Origin: Candidatus Anstonellales archaeon
GTDB lineage: Archaea > Micrarchaeota > Micrarchaeia > Anstonellales > J096
Length of the DNA: 64,000 bases
Direction: 5' to 3'
NCBI GenBank assembly: GCA_038890745.1
Contig: JAWAFD010000005.1
Location: 1-64,000, forward strand
Made by a program: the position numbers and the translations under genes. Shown one piece after another: positions 48,868-58,119 of the stretch. Position 1 is the stretch's first letter. Each line of letters starts with the position of its first letter. The notes beneath the pieces are model-generated. The model saw only the letters and a list, made by a program, of their open reading frames with translations, was not told the origin of the DNA and did not search any database.

Positions 48868-49446
48868 ATGGCCAAAACAAGTACTGCCAGGATGATAAGG
48901 AATCTGATGGAGAAAAAGAACGGGTACGAGCTTTTTGTGGCTCTTGAGAAGAGACTCAATCTCCGTGAGATGAGATTTAATTCCAAAAAACTTGATCCTG
49001 ATGGAATCGGGGCTTTAGCAGATGCGTATGAAAAAGTCTTGAATAAACCAAAAGCAACGCTGCTAAGGGATTTTATAGACTACCTTTCTGTAAGGGCAGA
49101 GAATGGAATGGGGATAGCAAAACATAATCTAGACTGCGATATGTTTTGCGAGTTTTTGGAAAGTTATATTATCGCGAATGATACTGAAAGAATAGAATTG
49201 CTCCAGGATGTTTATAAGGATGGTGGGCCGTTTAAAGATGCAATAGATGCGTATTATAAAAAAGCGGCAGCAGATGACCAAACCCCATTACTTGATTATG
49301 TGTATGAAAGGGCAGTTATCACAAAAGACCCTGAACTGCTGAGATTAGCATACCAATTACATAAAGAGGCATCAGAGTACGATGGGTGGGATAAGAATGT
49401 AAGAATGCTTCTGCTTGGGGCGATGCTTTCTGAGGTGGGGGAATAA
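48868..49446 (+). CDS. Hypothetical helical protein
   Basis: Open ORF filling an intergenic gap; no recognised motif. Confidence 0.6.
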   Translation: MAKTSTARMIRNLMEKKNGYELFVALEKRLNLREMRFNSKKLDPDGIGALADAYEKVLNKPKATLLRDFIDYLSVRAENGMGIAKHNLDCDMFCEFLESYIIANDTERIELLQDVYKDGGPFKDAIDAYYKKAAADDQTPLLDYVYERAVITKDPELLRLAYQLHKEASEYDGWDKNVRMLLLGAMLSEVGE

Positions 49447-49476
49447 CTTTTTATTCTTTTTTAAAGAGTTTATTCC

Positions 49477-50394
49477 ATGCAGGCGAAAACAAAGAAAACC
49501 ATTTCTGATATAAAGGCACTAAAAATACAGGGGGCAAGGAATGTTGCAAAAGCAGCGCTTAATGCTTTAATATACGAGATTGAAAACTCAAAAGAAAAAA
49601 GCTCAAATGAATTTGTGAGGAAAATTTCAAAAACAATAGAAGTGCTAAGCAAGGCAAGGCCAACAGAGCCGATGCTTAGGAATGTTATGGGAAGGGCGCA
49701 GAACTATATTGTGAAAAACAGGAGGAAGGACGCTGCGCTTTTGAAAAACGGCGCGGTTTCTGAATGCAGAAAAATTTTAAAATACATGGATGAAAGCGTG
49801 GAGAAGATTAAAGAGTACGGGGCAAAATACCTTCCTGAAAAAGCAACGGTACTCGTTCACTGCCACTCCTCCACCGTAACTGGAATAATAAAAAGAGCGG
49901 TGAAGATGGGAAAAGAAATAGATGTTATTGCATGCGAAACAAGGCCAAGGTATCAGGGCAGGATTACTGCAAAGGAGCTCGCAGAGGAAGGAATAAAGGT
50001 AACCTTTATCGTAGATGGGGCGATGAATGTTTTTGCTAGAAAGGCTGATCTGGCTCTTGTTGGTGCGGACGCAATAACCGCTGCCGGTGATCTGGTGAAT
50101 AAGATAGGAACATCAACCCTCGCGCGCATAATCCGGACTCATGACAAAAGCTTTTTTTCTGCTGCTGAAACACTAAAATATGACCCAATGACCCAGTATG
50201 GGGCAAGGGAGGAGATAGAAGAAAGGGACCCTGATGAAGTGTGGGATATAAGGATGAAAAACCTGAAAATAAGAAATCCTGCGTTTGATGTCACAGCCGC
50301 AAAATACATAAATGCGTACATAACAGAGAAAGGGATAATCCCGCCGCAGTCTCTTATCAGCGTGCTCGAAAAGGAAAGAGAAGAAAAAGTTTAA
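49477..50394 (+). CDS. Ribose-1,5-bisphosphate isomerase / eIF2B-like protein
   Basis: IQGA, RPTEP, HCHS, ETRP..QG, VGAD, NKIGT, NPAFDVT. Confidence 0.9.
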   Translation: MQAKTKKTISDIKALKIQGARNVAKAALNALIYEIENSKEKSSNEFVRKISKTIEVLSKARPTEPMLRNVMGRAQNYIVKNRRKDAALLKNGAVSECRKILKYMDESVEKIKEYGAKYLPEKATVLVHCHSSTVTGIIKRAVKMGKEIDVIACETRPRYQGRITAKELAEEGIKVTFIVDGAMNVFARKADLALVGADAITAAGDLVNKIGTSTLARIIRTHDKSFFSAAETLKYDPMTQYGAREEIEERDPDEVWDIRMKNLKIRNPAFDVTAAKYINAYITEKGIIPPQSLISVLEKEREEKV

Positions 50395-50419
50395 AACCTA
50401 ATTTATCAGTATTAAAACA

Positions 50420-50628
50420 GCGGTTGTGGTCTAGAGGTAGGACTCTGGCTTCCCAAGCCAGCGGCCCGGGTTCAAAACCAAACCCAGGGGGAAGTTTCCC
50501 CCTAGGTTCCAGGTCTCCTCCTTAACCCCATCACTTTTGCTCGTATAAGATAGGGGGGTAGAAGCGTGAGGGGGGAATAAGAATATGCTTAAGTCCCCCC
50601 TTGGCTGGTGGAAATCCCGGCAACCGCA
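50420..50628 (+). tRNA. tRNA-Gly(CCC) with ~138-nt intron in the T-loop (about 50476-50613)
   Basis: Acceptor GCGGTTG/CAACCGC-A; anticodon arm CTGGC-TTCCCAA-GCCAG; T arm CCGGG-TTCAA[intron]AT-CCCGG. Confidence 0.9.
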
Positions 50629-50668
50629 CTATAAAAAAATTTAAAAATACTTTGTGGTTAAATATTTT

Positions 50669-51358
50669 ATGCGGTGGGGGATAAAACATTCATTTTCTGT
50701 TTTTGAGGATAGGCTTCCATATCTAAAAAGAGCTGAAATAAAAAGATACAGAGGAATTCTTCCGAAGTTTTCAGAAGAGTATGAAAGAAAATTTGGAAGG
50801 GAAAAATTGACAAGGATCGCATTTCCGCTCATAGAGGAAGCAATCACAAAATACCCGCCAAAGAACTTTCAGAAAGGATATGTCGGCGAGAGTTTGGCCG
50901 CGGCAGTGGTCTCTCTATTTATGGATGAAAGCGAACTCCTTATAAGAAATCTAAAATTTTTCTACGAGTTTGGATGCGGGGAAATAGACTTGGCGATATT
51001 CAACGGTCCTTTCTTGACCGCAATAGGTGAGGTAAAAACTGGTGTAAATGGAAAACACAAAAGAAACCTTTCGAAAGTAAGGCACATCCGCGAGGCCCTG
51101 GGCTTAAGCGTAGATAGAGAAGAGATAAGTATTCTAAGCAGAATCTCTTTATCAGTAGCAAACATAGAGGGAATGACTAAAATAAGTCCGGTTAGGATAG
51201 ACCTGGGCCCGAACAAAATAGAAATATACATTATGTATATGGCAAAGCTTTTTTCAGTCGGCCCATGGGACGCATGCTCAGAGAGTAATCCAACCATCAA
51301 AATACCCATTCACTCATCTGGAATAGGAATCCTTGCGGATGAATTGAAAATGTTGTAA
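50669..51358 (+). CDS. Hypothetical protein with PD-(D/E)XK nuclease-like motif
   Basis: G..GE...GEIDL....IGEVKTG. Confidence 0.55.
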   Translation: MRWGIKHSFSVFEDRLPYLKRAEIKRYRGILPKFSEEYERKFGREKLTRIAFPLIEEAITKYPPKNFQKGYVGESLAAAVVSLFMDESELLIRNLKFFYEFGCGEIDLAIFNGPFLTAIGEVKTGVNGKHKRNLSKVRHIREALGLSVDREEISILSRISLSVANIEGMTKISPVRIDLGPNKIEIYIMYMAKLFSVGPWDACSESNPTIKIPIHSSGIGILADELKML

Positions 51359-51374
51359 ATAAGAAATTGAGTGC
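51347..51374. repeat. 28-bp direct repeat, left copy
   Basis: AAAATGTTGTAAATAAGAAATTGAGTGC, identical at 52311-52338. Confidence 0.9.
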
Positions 51375-51415
51375 GAATGGATGAGTTTATAAATATTGCT
51401 ATAAAAATATAGCAC

Positions 51416-51940
51416 ATGCTACAAAAATATAGCAGGTACAAAATTCTGCAGAAGTTTTTCGACTTTCCAACAAAAAGTTTTTATATGAGAGAGATTTCGA
51501 GGATTGTTGGAATATCCCAACCATCAACAATAGCACATCTAAAAGCATTGGTAAAGGAAGGATTCATAATAAAAGAAAAGAAAGGTATATACCCATCATT
51601 CAAAGCAAATAGAGAAAATGAGCGGTTTAGGGTATACAAAAAATTAGACCTTATAATAAGGATGCATGATAGCGGCTTTATAAACTATATCCTTGATCTC
51701 TGCCTACCCGACTCATTGATACTGTACGGATCGGCTTCTAAGGGAGAGGACATAGAAACCAGCGATATCGATATATTTATTCAGTCTAAGGAGAAAAAAA
51801 TAATTGTTGGGAAATATGAAAAATTATTTAATAGAAGAATTGCTCTTTTTTTTGAAGAAAACTTCTCGAGATTACCCGCAGAACTAAAAAACAATATTCT
51901 AAATGGGGTAGTACTACACGGGTATATAAAGGTGTTCTAG
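51416..51940 (+). CDS. wHTH plus minimal nucleotidyltransferase (MNT antitoxin)
   Basis: N-terminal wHTH; LYGSASKGED..SDIDIF. Confidence 0.88.
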   Translation: MLQKYSRYKILQKFFDFPTKSFYMREISRIVGISQPSTIAHLKALVKEGFIIKEKKGIYPSFKANRENERFRVYKKLDLIIRMHDSGFINYILDLCLPDSLILYGSASKGEDIETSDIDIFIQSKEKKIIVGKYEKLFNRRIALFFEENFSRLPAELKNNILNGVVLHGYIKVF

Positions 51941-52366
51941 ATGGAGTTGATTAAGGTTACGCCCAATAGAGAAAGGGCTGTTAGCATCCTTCGCATGGTT
52001 TCTTTAATAGAGAAAAGAATAGAGAAAGAGGATAAAGAAAAAATGGCTGCACTCATAATAGTGGATTATTATGAAATGATGAAGGAGCTCATCACTGCGA
52101 TACTCTTAATCGATGGGTATAAAACACTGAGCCATAAAGATCTGATAGAATATCTTAAACAACACTATCCTGAATTCAACCAACACGACATTTCAATCTT
52201 GGATAGAATTAGAGTTCTGCGAAACAGGGTAAGTTATGAAGGTTTTTTTATTGAGCCATCCTACCTTACTAGGAATGAAAATACCTTCAAAAAAATAATT
52301 CAAAAATTAAAAAATGTTGTAAATAAGAAATTGAGTGCCAACAGCAGCCGCCTTTCCCGCCCATAG
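51941..52366 (+). CDS. HEPN-domain protein (toxin partner of MNT)
   Basis: Directly follows MNT; YY...ELI.A.L...G.K..SH and LRNRVSYEG (Rx4Y variant). Confidence 0.75.
   Translation: MELIKVTPNRERAVSILRMVSLIEKRIEKEDKEKMAALIIVDYYEMMKELITAILLIDGYKTLSHKDLIEYLKQHYPEFNQHDISILDRIRVLRNRVSYEGFFIEPSYLTRNENTFKKIIQKLKNVVNKKLSANSSRLSRP
52311..52338. repeat. 28-bp direct repeat, right copy, touching the 5S rRNA 3' end
   Basis: Identical to 51347-51374. Confidence 0.9.
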
Positions 52367-52451
52367 GGCAGTAATCGGACAGCCGTGAGAGGGCTTAACT
52401 TCTGTGTTCGGGATGGGAACAGGTGTTACCCCTCTCCTATGGCCGTTGGCA
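52336..52451 (-). rRNA. rrf: 5S rRNA (stand-alone)
   Basis: Minus strand TGCCAACGGCCATAG...ACACCTGTTCCCATCCCGAACACAGAAGTTAAGCC...GCTGTTGGCA with paired termini. Confidence 0.95.
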
Positions 52452-52482
52452 AAGAGATTTTCTGTAAAGAAATGTTTTTAAA

Positions 52483-52980
52483 TCATTTCTTAACTCCCAA
52501 ACTTTCATATGCGTTATTAACTTCTTTTTTTGCTTCTTCCAACATTTTTATTTCATCGCGCATGGCTTTAATTTGTTCCATGTTCTCTGATAGCATATAC
52601 AGAGAATATCCCAAAAGCATCAATGTTGCAATCGTAGATGGCAACAAACCAAACCCAAGATGGAGGAATCGGTCTGCAACGGTAAGGGCCAATGAGCCAA
52701 CAAAAGCACTAAAAAGAATAGTTAGTACATGAATACTAAACACCTTGTCAATTTTTAACAGTTTTTTGGTCCGGTACAAATCATCTTCAATCTCGCGTTC
52801 CAGAACACTTAAGATATTTTCTGGTTTTTTATTTTTATAGTTATATTCGCAATCTCTGCATGGGTCCTCTGTCAAAAGAACGTTCTTTTTACCAAATGCA
52901 AATTTGTTGTACGTCTGCACCAATTCATTCATATGTTGCGGAAATTTGCTCATGTCTAAAGGTTTTATCGTCCTTCCCAT
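52483..52980 (-). CDS. Hypothetical membrane protein (two TM helices, coiled-coil tail)
   Basis: Hydrophobic hairpin; SD-like GGTGG upstream. Confidence 0.65.
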   Translation of the reverse strand: MGRTIKPLDMSKFPQHMNELVQTYNKFAFGKKNVLLTEDPCRDCEYNYKNKKPENILSVLEREIEDDLYRTKKLLKIDKVFSIHVLTILFSAFVGSLALTVADRFLHLGFGLLPSTIATLMLLGYSLYMLSENMEQIKAMRDEIKMLEEAKKEVNNAYESLGVKK

Positions 52981-53043
52981 AATACCACCATTTTACATTT
53001 TTTAACCGAACATTATTTAAAACATTTCGCTTCCTCTTTCCTC

Positions 53044-54534
53044 ATGGAAAAAATAACGCACTGGGCAGAAAGGCTTGCAAACGAGGTAATTGCAAAAAAA
53101 ACAGAGCCATACATAATTACCGGTGGGATGACAACCTCTGGACCTGCGCACCTTGGAACTGTTTGTGAGTTTCTTTTTCCGGATATGGTTAGGAGGGTTT
53201 TGGAGGGAAAGGGGAGGAAAGTAAAATTTTATTTTGTCGCAGATATAATGGATGCTTTTGATTCCATTCCTGCTTCTCTGGAAGAAAAACGAAAGATGCT
53301 AGAGCCGCATCTTGGAAAGCCATTGTGCTATGTTCCTTCTCCGGATAGTAGGGCGAAAAGTTATGGCGACTATTTCTTGGAGCAGGCAATGTATTTAATG
53401 AAAGTTTTTGGGGTTGGATGCGAAGTTGCCCGAGTAAATGAGCTCTATGAAAGAGGGGCTTTTGATAAGTATGCAAAGTTATTTTTTGAGAAATTAGAGA
53501 TTGTTAAGGAGATCGTTGAGAAAACGAGTGGAAGGCAGCTTCCCAAGGACTGGAGCCCTATAATGCCTGTATGTGAAAAATGCGGAAAGATAGCGACAAC
53601 AAGGGTTTTGAGCTATAATAGTAATGGGGAGTACGAGTATTCCTGCGATAAGGATGTTGAGTATACAAAAGGATGCGGGTTTGTTGGGAAAGCAAAAATT
53701 TCTGACCATAGGTATAAGTTGCAGTGGAGGTTGCACTGGCCTTCTTGGCAGGACTACTTTAAAACAAGCATAGAAGGAGGGGGGGTGGACCATTTTACAA
53801 AGGGTGGGAGCTGGGATACTGCAAAAGAGATTCATAGAAAGGTTTTTGGAAAAGAGCCGCCAATTGGGTATAAATATGGGTTTATACTATTTGAAGGAAA
53901 GAAATACTCAAAAAGCAAAGGAATAGGCATGGGAATGATGGAGATAATAAAGCTCGTTCCTCCTGAGGTAGTTGCATATACGCTCATAAAATTCGACCTT
54001 GAAGAAAACATAGATTTTGTTCCTTCAAAAGAGAATGTGCTAAAAATGATAGAGGATTATGAGTATGCATCTGAGTTAAAGGATGCTGAAGAAAAGGCTG
54101 ATGTAAAAAAGAAAAAAGCGTACGAGCTTGCCGGAAAAAGAACATGGAAAGCAAAGTTCAGGGATGTTTTGCTTTACTATCAGATTTATAGGGAATGGGA
54201 TAAGGTTGAGAGATTTTTAGGGAATGTGGAGTATGTTAAGCCATTTATAGAGGAATGGATAGCAAAAAAATTTGTTCCGGAGACCTATGATTTTGCGTAT
54301 AGACCAAAAAAAGCAACCGGCGCAGTAAAAGAATTTTTTGAAAGTTTGAAGGAAGGAATGAGCGATGTTGAGATACACAACAGAATTTACGAATTTGCAA
54401 GGGGAAGTGGAATAGAACCCTCTGAATTCTTTAAGCAGATCTACCAAACCTTGATAGGAAAGGATAGAGGGCCGAAAGCAGGAAGGTTGATAGAGGTTTT
54501 AGGAGTGGAAAGGGTAAAAAAAGACGTTTTATGA
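53044..54534 (+). CDS. lysS: Lysyl-tRNA synthetase, class I
   Basis: HWAE, SGPAHLG, C..CGKI, KLQWRLHWP, G.DH, KYSKSKG, GP(K)AG. Confidence 0.95.
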   Translation: MEKITHWAERLANEVIAKKTEPYIITGGMTTSGPAHLGTVCEFLFPDMVRRVLEGKGRKVKFYFVADIMDAFDSIPASLEEKRKMLEPHLGKPLCYVPSPDSRAKSYGDYFLEQAMYLMKVFGVGCEVARVNELYERGAFDKYAKLFFEKLEIVKEIVEKTSGRQLPKDWSPIMPVCEKCGKIATTRVLSYNSNGEYEYSCDKDVEYTKGCGFVGKAKISDHRYKLQWRLHWPSWQDYFKTSIEGGGVDHFTKGGSWDTAKEIHRKVFGKEPPIGYKYGFILFEGKKYSKSKGIGMGMMEIIKLVPPEVVAYTLIKFDLEENIDFVPSKENVLKMIEDYEYASELKDAEEKADVKKKKAYELAGKRTWKAKFRDVLLYYQIYREWDKVERFLGNVEYVKPFIEEWIAKKFVPETYDFAYRPKKATGAVKEFFESLKEGMSDVEIHNRIYEFARGSGIEPSEFFKQIYQTLIGKDRGPKAGRLIEVLGVERVKKDVL

Positions 54535-54542
54535 TTTCAGAG

Positions 54543-54797
54543 TTAGGTTTTATAGATATTTTTTCTATGCCCTACTTTGAGGACATGGATCTCCTTCTTC
54601 TTTTCATTGATATCAAGCAAAATGCGGTAATCGCCGACGCGACATTTCCAGCAGTTTGCATCAGTTATCTTTTCAACAAAATGGTATGGCGCGAGTTCTA
54701 GTTCAGTTATTTTTTTTATAACACGCTTCGCTATATCCCTATTTAGTTTTTTTATGTCCTCTCTAGACCTAGGAGCCCAAATTATCTTGTAAACCAT
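54543..54797 (-). CDS. RelE/ParE family toxin
   Basis: KKL....KRVIKKI.EL...P...RVGDYRIL...I.VLKVGHRKNIY. Confidence 0.9.
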   Translation of the reverse strand: MVYKIIWAPRSREDIKKLNRDIAKRVIKKITELELAPYHFVEKITDANCWKCRVGDYRILLDINEKKKEIHVLKVGHRKNIYKT

Positions 54798-55040
54798 CTA
54801 AAGACCCAGTTCAGCCATCAGTTCCTTTGTAGTTATACCTTTTCCTTCCCTGATCTGCTTTCTGGCAGTTTCTATATCCTTTTTTGTTTCTTTACTAAGT
54901 TTGCCTTCGGTTTTTAGTTTCTCGTAAATTGTTATAAGCTTGTTTATCACCTCTTCGTAGCTTTCCCTCGCATAATCCTTCATACTTGCTAGTTTCTCTT
55001 TTGTTTCTTTATGTATTAAGATTGTTGTGTACGCAGACAT
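54798..55040 (-). CDS. Antitoxin (RHH-like)
   Basis: TTILI.KETKEKL..MK...RESYEEVI; directly upstream of the RelE gene. Confidence 0.8.
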   Translation of the reverse strand: MSAYTTILIHKETKEKLASMKDYARESYEEVINKLITIYEKLKTEGKLSKETKKDIETARKQIREGKGITTKELMAELGL

Positions 55041-55153
55041 ATATATCACATATATAGTTATGTATATATACATATATAAACTTTCCTATCATTCTAAATA
55101 AAGCCTCCTTTAAGAAAATAAAAGTAAAAGAAAAAAAGAAAGAAAAGGCAGAT

Positions 55154-57922
55154 TTACTGCCTCTTCACACCAGCCAAGAACTGGTCTACTGCAGCCAATG
55201 TGTCTTCTGCTGTGTATCCTGCAACAATTATCTTGTTGCCAACTTCCTTCACTACGACATTGTTTGTTGAGTCAATTGTCATGCCTGCTTCCTCAAGGGC
55301 TGCTGCTGTAACTGTGTTTACTGCCTGTCCACCGACTGTAATCACAACGCCGGTGCCAAGGCCTGTTGCCTCTGTGTCTAAGTACATAAGGTTGCTTGTG
55401 AGTGTGTATGGAACAGATGCTTTAACCTCAGCACCCATTGCCTGGTTATTCTCATCAACAATCTGTGCGTTCACGCTCTCAACTGCGCATGCTCCACCAG
55501 AAACACTGCATGGTGCAACAACCTCATCTATGCTCTTCACTTTTATTGAGACATTACCAACATTGCATGTTCCGCCCTCAGGAATCTTCTCGCATGTGAA
55601 GGTGTCTGGGTTAACTCCTGCCATAACCACTGGTCTGAAAGTGAACAGCGCGTGCACTGGTTTACTTGCTACTGAGAAATCTCTGTTCTTTCCTGTTTTC
55701 TTTGCATAGGTGCCTCTTAATGTTATGAAGTCGGTTTGGTAGTCCTGCCCATCAACCCATCCGTTGTTGTTATCGTAGCCTGTAGGATTATTGATAAAGC
55801 TGTCAAGTGGATTATCTCCATCGCGAACCACCATAAAGCCTACTTCATCATCATCTGGAGGTGCACCAAACACACCAAGGAAGGAATCTTTGGTTCCGAT
55901 TACACTTGGGTCTGCAATTACGCCGACTACATCTACAAGGTCAGAACCACCATTAACTGGGTCATCCCAAGCGCCTATGTCTTCGGTTAAATAGAGCTCA
56001 ACAAGACCAGAGTTTGAGTTAGTCGGATCGTAGATTACAACTCTGCCTTCATCCCCTGCATAATCATACTCAAACGGCAGTGAGTTGACAGATGTACCCA
56101 CTACGTCATGGGCTGCGTAATCAACAAACTGGTAGTTGCCGTTTTCATCCATGATTATTACATCTCCTGGAGAAGCAAGACCGCACGTATCAGCCGCAAT
56201 GTCCGCGGCATCGTAAATTACAAAGATTTTTTCAGCATCTGAGAATCCTGCCGCATTAGTGAATGCAGGCGTTAGTTTTTCTTTGTCTGACCATACTTCA
56301 ACTGCACCGCTGAGAACTACACTAGTGCCCGCAGCGCAGTCACCCCACGAACTCACGCCATCTCCCTTGAATTCTTTTCCTCCAAGGGGACCTGTGTAAG
56401 AGTTATCCATCTTAAATTTCAGGGTGTCCCGGTCAACTGCTTCAAGGCCATTGTAAACCAATTCATATCCTTGGTAGTCTTTAAGGTCGATTACTGGATA
56501 TGCTTCGCCTTTGGTCATGTCCTCAAGTTCCTGCTCATTGTAGAGAACAATCTCCCTCAAGTGGGTTGCGTAGTCATAGGTGTTTTTAGGAGCTGTTGTT
56601 CCATACTTGTCCGACCAGCCGAAAAGAACTTTCCAGTCTGTATCGTCGCTCTCTATGAATTTTTTTCCGGATTCAAGTTCTATCTCATCTGCATAGATTG
56701 CAAACTCAGCCCATTTCGCAAGCAGTCCGTAACCAGGTGCTGTTTGGTAGACATGCACTTTTATATCACCGTATCCTGGGACATAGACTTTTTTCGTTTG
56801 CCCTGGTGCAATCTGATCCTTAATCGGGTTTCCGTCCGGAGAGGTAATTATTTTGTCTTGAAGGTCTCTAAATGATACAATTGCTGGTTTTACTGTTTCT
56901 AAGGTTGAAATATCGTCAAGGCACACCTTAACGCCCTTCTCCTCCCATGTAAGGCAGTCTCCTACGTCTACAATTCCATAGGTGGCTTCCTTTGCGAGCT
57001 TAATAATTGTGCCAGCTTCTCTGTATACTTCCTTGTCGCTTAGTACTGCAGTTGTGCTCACAGGTGGTTCAACATCGCTGATTACCCAGTTTTCGCCAAG
57101 GAACTTTATCTGCATTCTGTATGCTTCAATTTGATCAGTTACAGCGCATTCATACCAGTAGGATTTTCCTGGGTCCCCTGGACAAAGCGGTAATCCGTTG
57201 TCTCCTGGCGCAAATACCAAAGCATAGAGCCCGGTGTCTATGGAAGGCGCCACCTCATCGTTTTTGTCTCCCATGTTAGAGTAGCCAGAGAACCACGCAA
57301 ACTGGTATTCAACCCAGTTTGATGTTCTTCCTGCTCCTGCCTGTACAGACACTTTTGAGAATGGAACAAAGTTGTCACCAGATATTTTGTATGCAGCTGC
57401 ACCACCGCCAACGTTAGAGAAACTACCAGCGTTAAATAACAGACCACCTATCTGATCCTGGTAAGGCGTTCCTTTTTCGTTCAAAAGGTCCTTTTGGTAT
57501 GTGTAGAGGTCTGCATTGCCTTGATACCACCTATTCTCCAACTCCCTGTCCATAAAGTCGTCAATCAGCAATCCAAAGTTATGCACTCCTGTTCCCAATC
57601 CCGGAATTGTAACTTCCAGGGTTGTGGTCTCCTGTGAAACATCGCAGGTTCCTGTTCCTGCTCCACCAGTGCATGTTGCTGTTGCAGATGCTTTCAGGGT
57701 TTTTGTTGCATAGGCATTGTTTGCCAATTTTGCTACAATCTTCGCTGCTCCTACGCCGTCGCTTGCTGCTGCCTTTTCCCCGACAATGACCTTAGCCAAT
57801 GGTTGGCCATTGTCGTTCACCAGCACTGTGTTGCCGTACATTACGCCGGCAAAGGCCACAGAGCTGGCCAAAATTGTGGCTCCTGCCACAATTGCTCCAA
57901 TTTTCTTCAGGTTCAATTTCAT
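55154..57922 (-). CDS. S-layer protein
   Basis: MKLNLKKIGAIVAGATILASSVAFA leader; IVGEKAAASDGV.A; C-terminal VGGQAVNTV...IIVAGYTAEDT; SD AGGTGA before ATG at 57922. Confidence 0.9.
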   Translation of the reverse strand: MKLNLKKIGAIVAGATILASSVAFAGVMYGNTVLVNDNGQPLAKVIVGEKAAASDGVGAAKIVAKLANNAYATKTLKASATATCTGGAGTGTCDVSQETTTLEVTIPGLGTGVHNFGLLIDDFMDRELENRWYQGNADLYTYQKDLLNEKGTPYQDQIGGLLFNAGSFSNVGGGAAAYKISGDNFVPFSKVSVQAGAGRTSNWVEYQFAWFSGYSNMGDKNDEVAPSIDTGLYALVFAPGDNGLPLCPGDPGKSYWYECAVTDQIEAYRMQIKFLGENWVISDVEPPVSTTAVLSDKEVYREAGTIIKLAKEATYGIVDVGDCLTWEEKGVKVCLDDISTLETVKPAIVSFRDLQDKIITSPDGNPIKDQIAPGQTKKVYVPGYGDIKVHVYQTAPGYGLLAKWAEFAIYADEIELESGKKFIESDDTDWKVLFGWSDKYGTTAPKNTYDYATHLREIVLYNEQELEDMTKGEAYPVIDLKDYQGYELVYNGLEAVDRDTLKFKMDNSYTGPLGGKEFKGDGVSSWGDCAAGTSVVLSGAVEVWSDKEKLTPAFTNAAGFSDAEKIFVIYDAADIAADTCGLASPGDVIIMDENGNYQFVDYAAHDVVGTSVNSLPFEYDYAGDEGRVVIYDPTNSNSGLVELYLTEDIGAWDDPVNGGSDLVDVVGVIADPSVIGTKDSFLGVFGAPPDDDEVGFMVVRDGDNPLDSFINNPTGYDNNNGWVDGQDYQTDFITLRGTYAKKTGKNRDFSVASKPVHALFTFRPVVMAGVNPDTFTCEKIPEGGTCNVGNVSIKVKSIDEVVAPCSVSGGACAVESVNAQIVDENNQAMGAEVKASVPYTLTSNLMYLDTEATGLGTGVVITVGGQAVNTVTAAALEEAGMTIDSTNNVVVKEVGNKIIVAGYTAEDTLAAVDQFLAGVKRQ

Positions 57923-58054
57923 GCTTTCACCTTTTCCTGCATCGCCGAAATCTTTGCTTGGGTCCAAAAGGACTTGGCGATGCACTGGACCCATAACCCT
58001 GTTTATTCGTATGAATAAACGGGTTGAAAACTTCTCAAACATAAGCTTTATAAA
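57923..58054 (-). promoter_or_regulatory. S-layer promoter and structured ~100-nt 5' UTR
   Basis: TTTATAAA at 58047-58054; hairpin at 57995-58025; interlocking stems 57986-57993/57959-57966 and 57976-57984/57938-57946. Confidence 0.7.
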
Positions 58055-58119
58055 GTTTTTCTCTAAGTATAAAGAGATATTTATAAAAAATTGAATGGAG
58101 CATGGCAATCAACGAAATA

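Noticed and set aside
52336..52451. Unlinked 5S rRNA as a novelty
   Set aside because: Dispersed rRNA genes are common in archaea, including DPANN; only the adjacent insertion is notable.
52385..52732. 115-aa plus-strand ORF
   Set aside because: Antisense to the 5S rRNA and to the 52483-52980 gene; shadow ORF.
57923..58108. N-terminal extension of the S-layer ORF
   Set aside because: Signal peptide and SD sequence place the start at 57922; the region is promoter and structured UTR.
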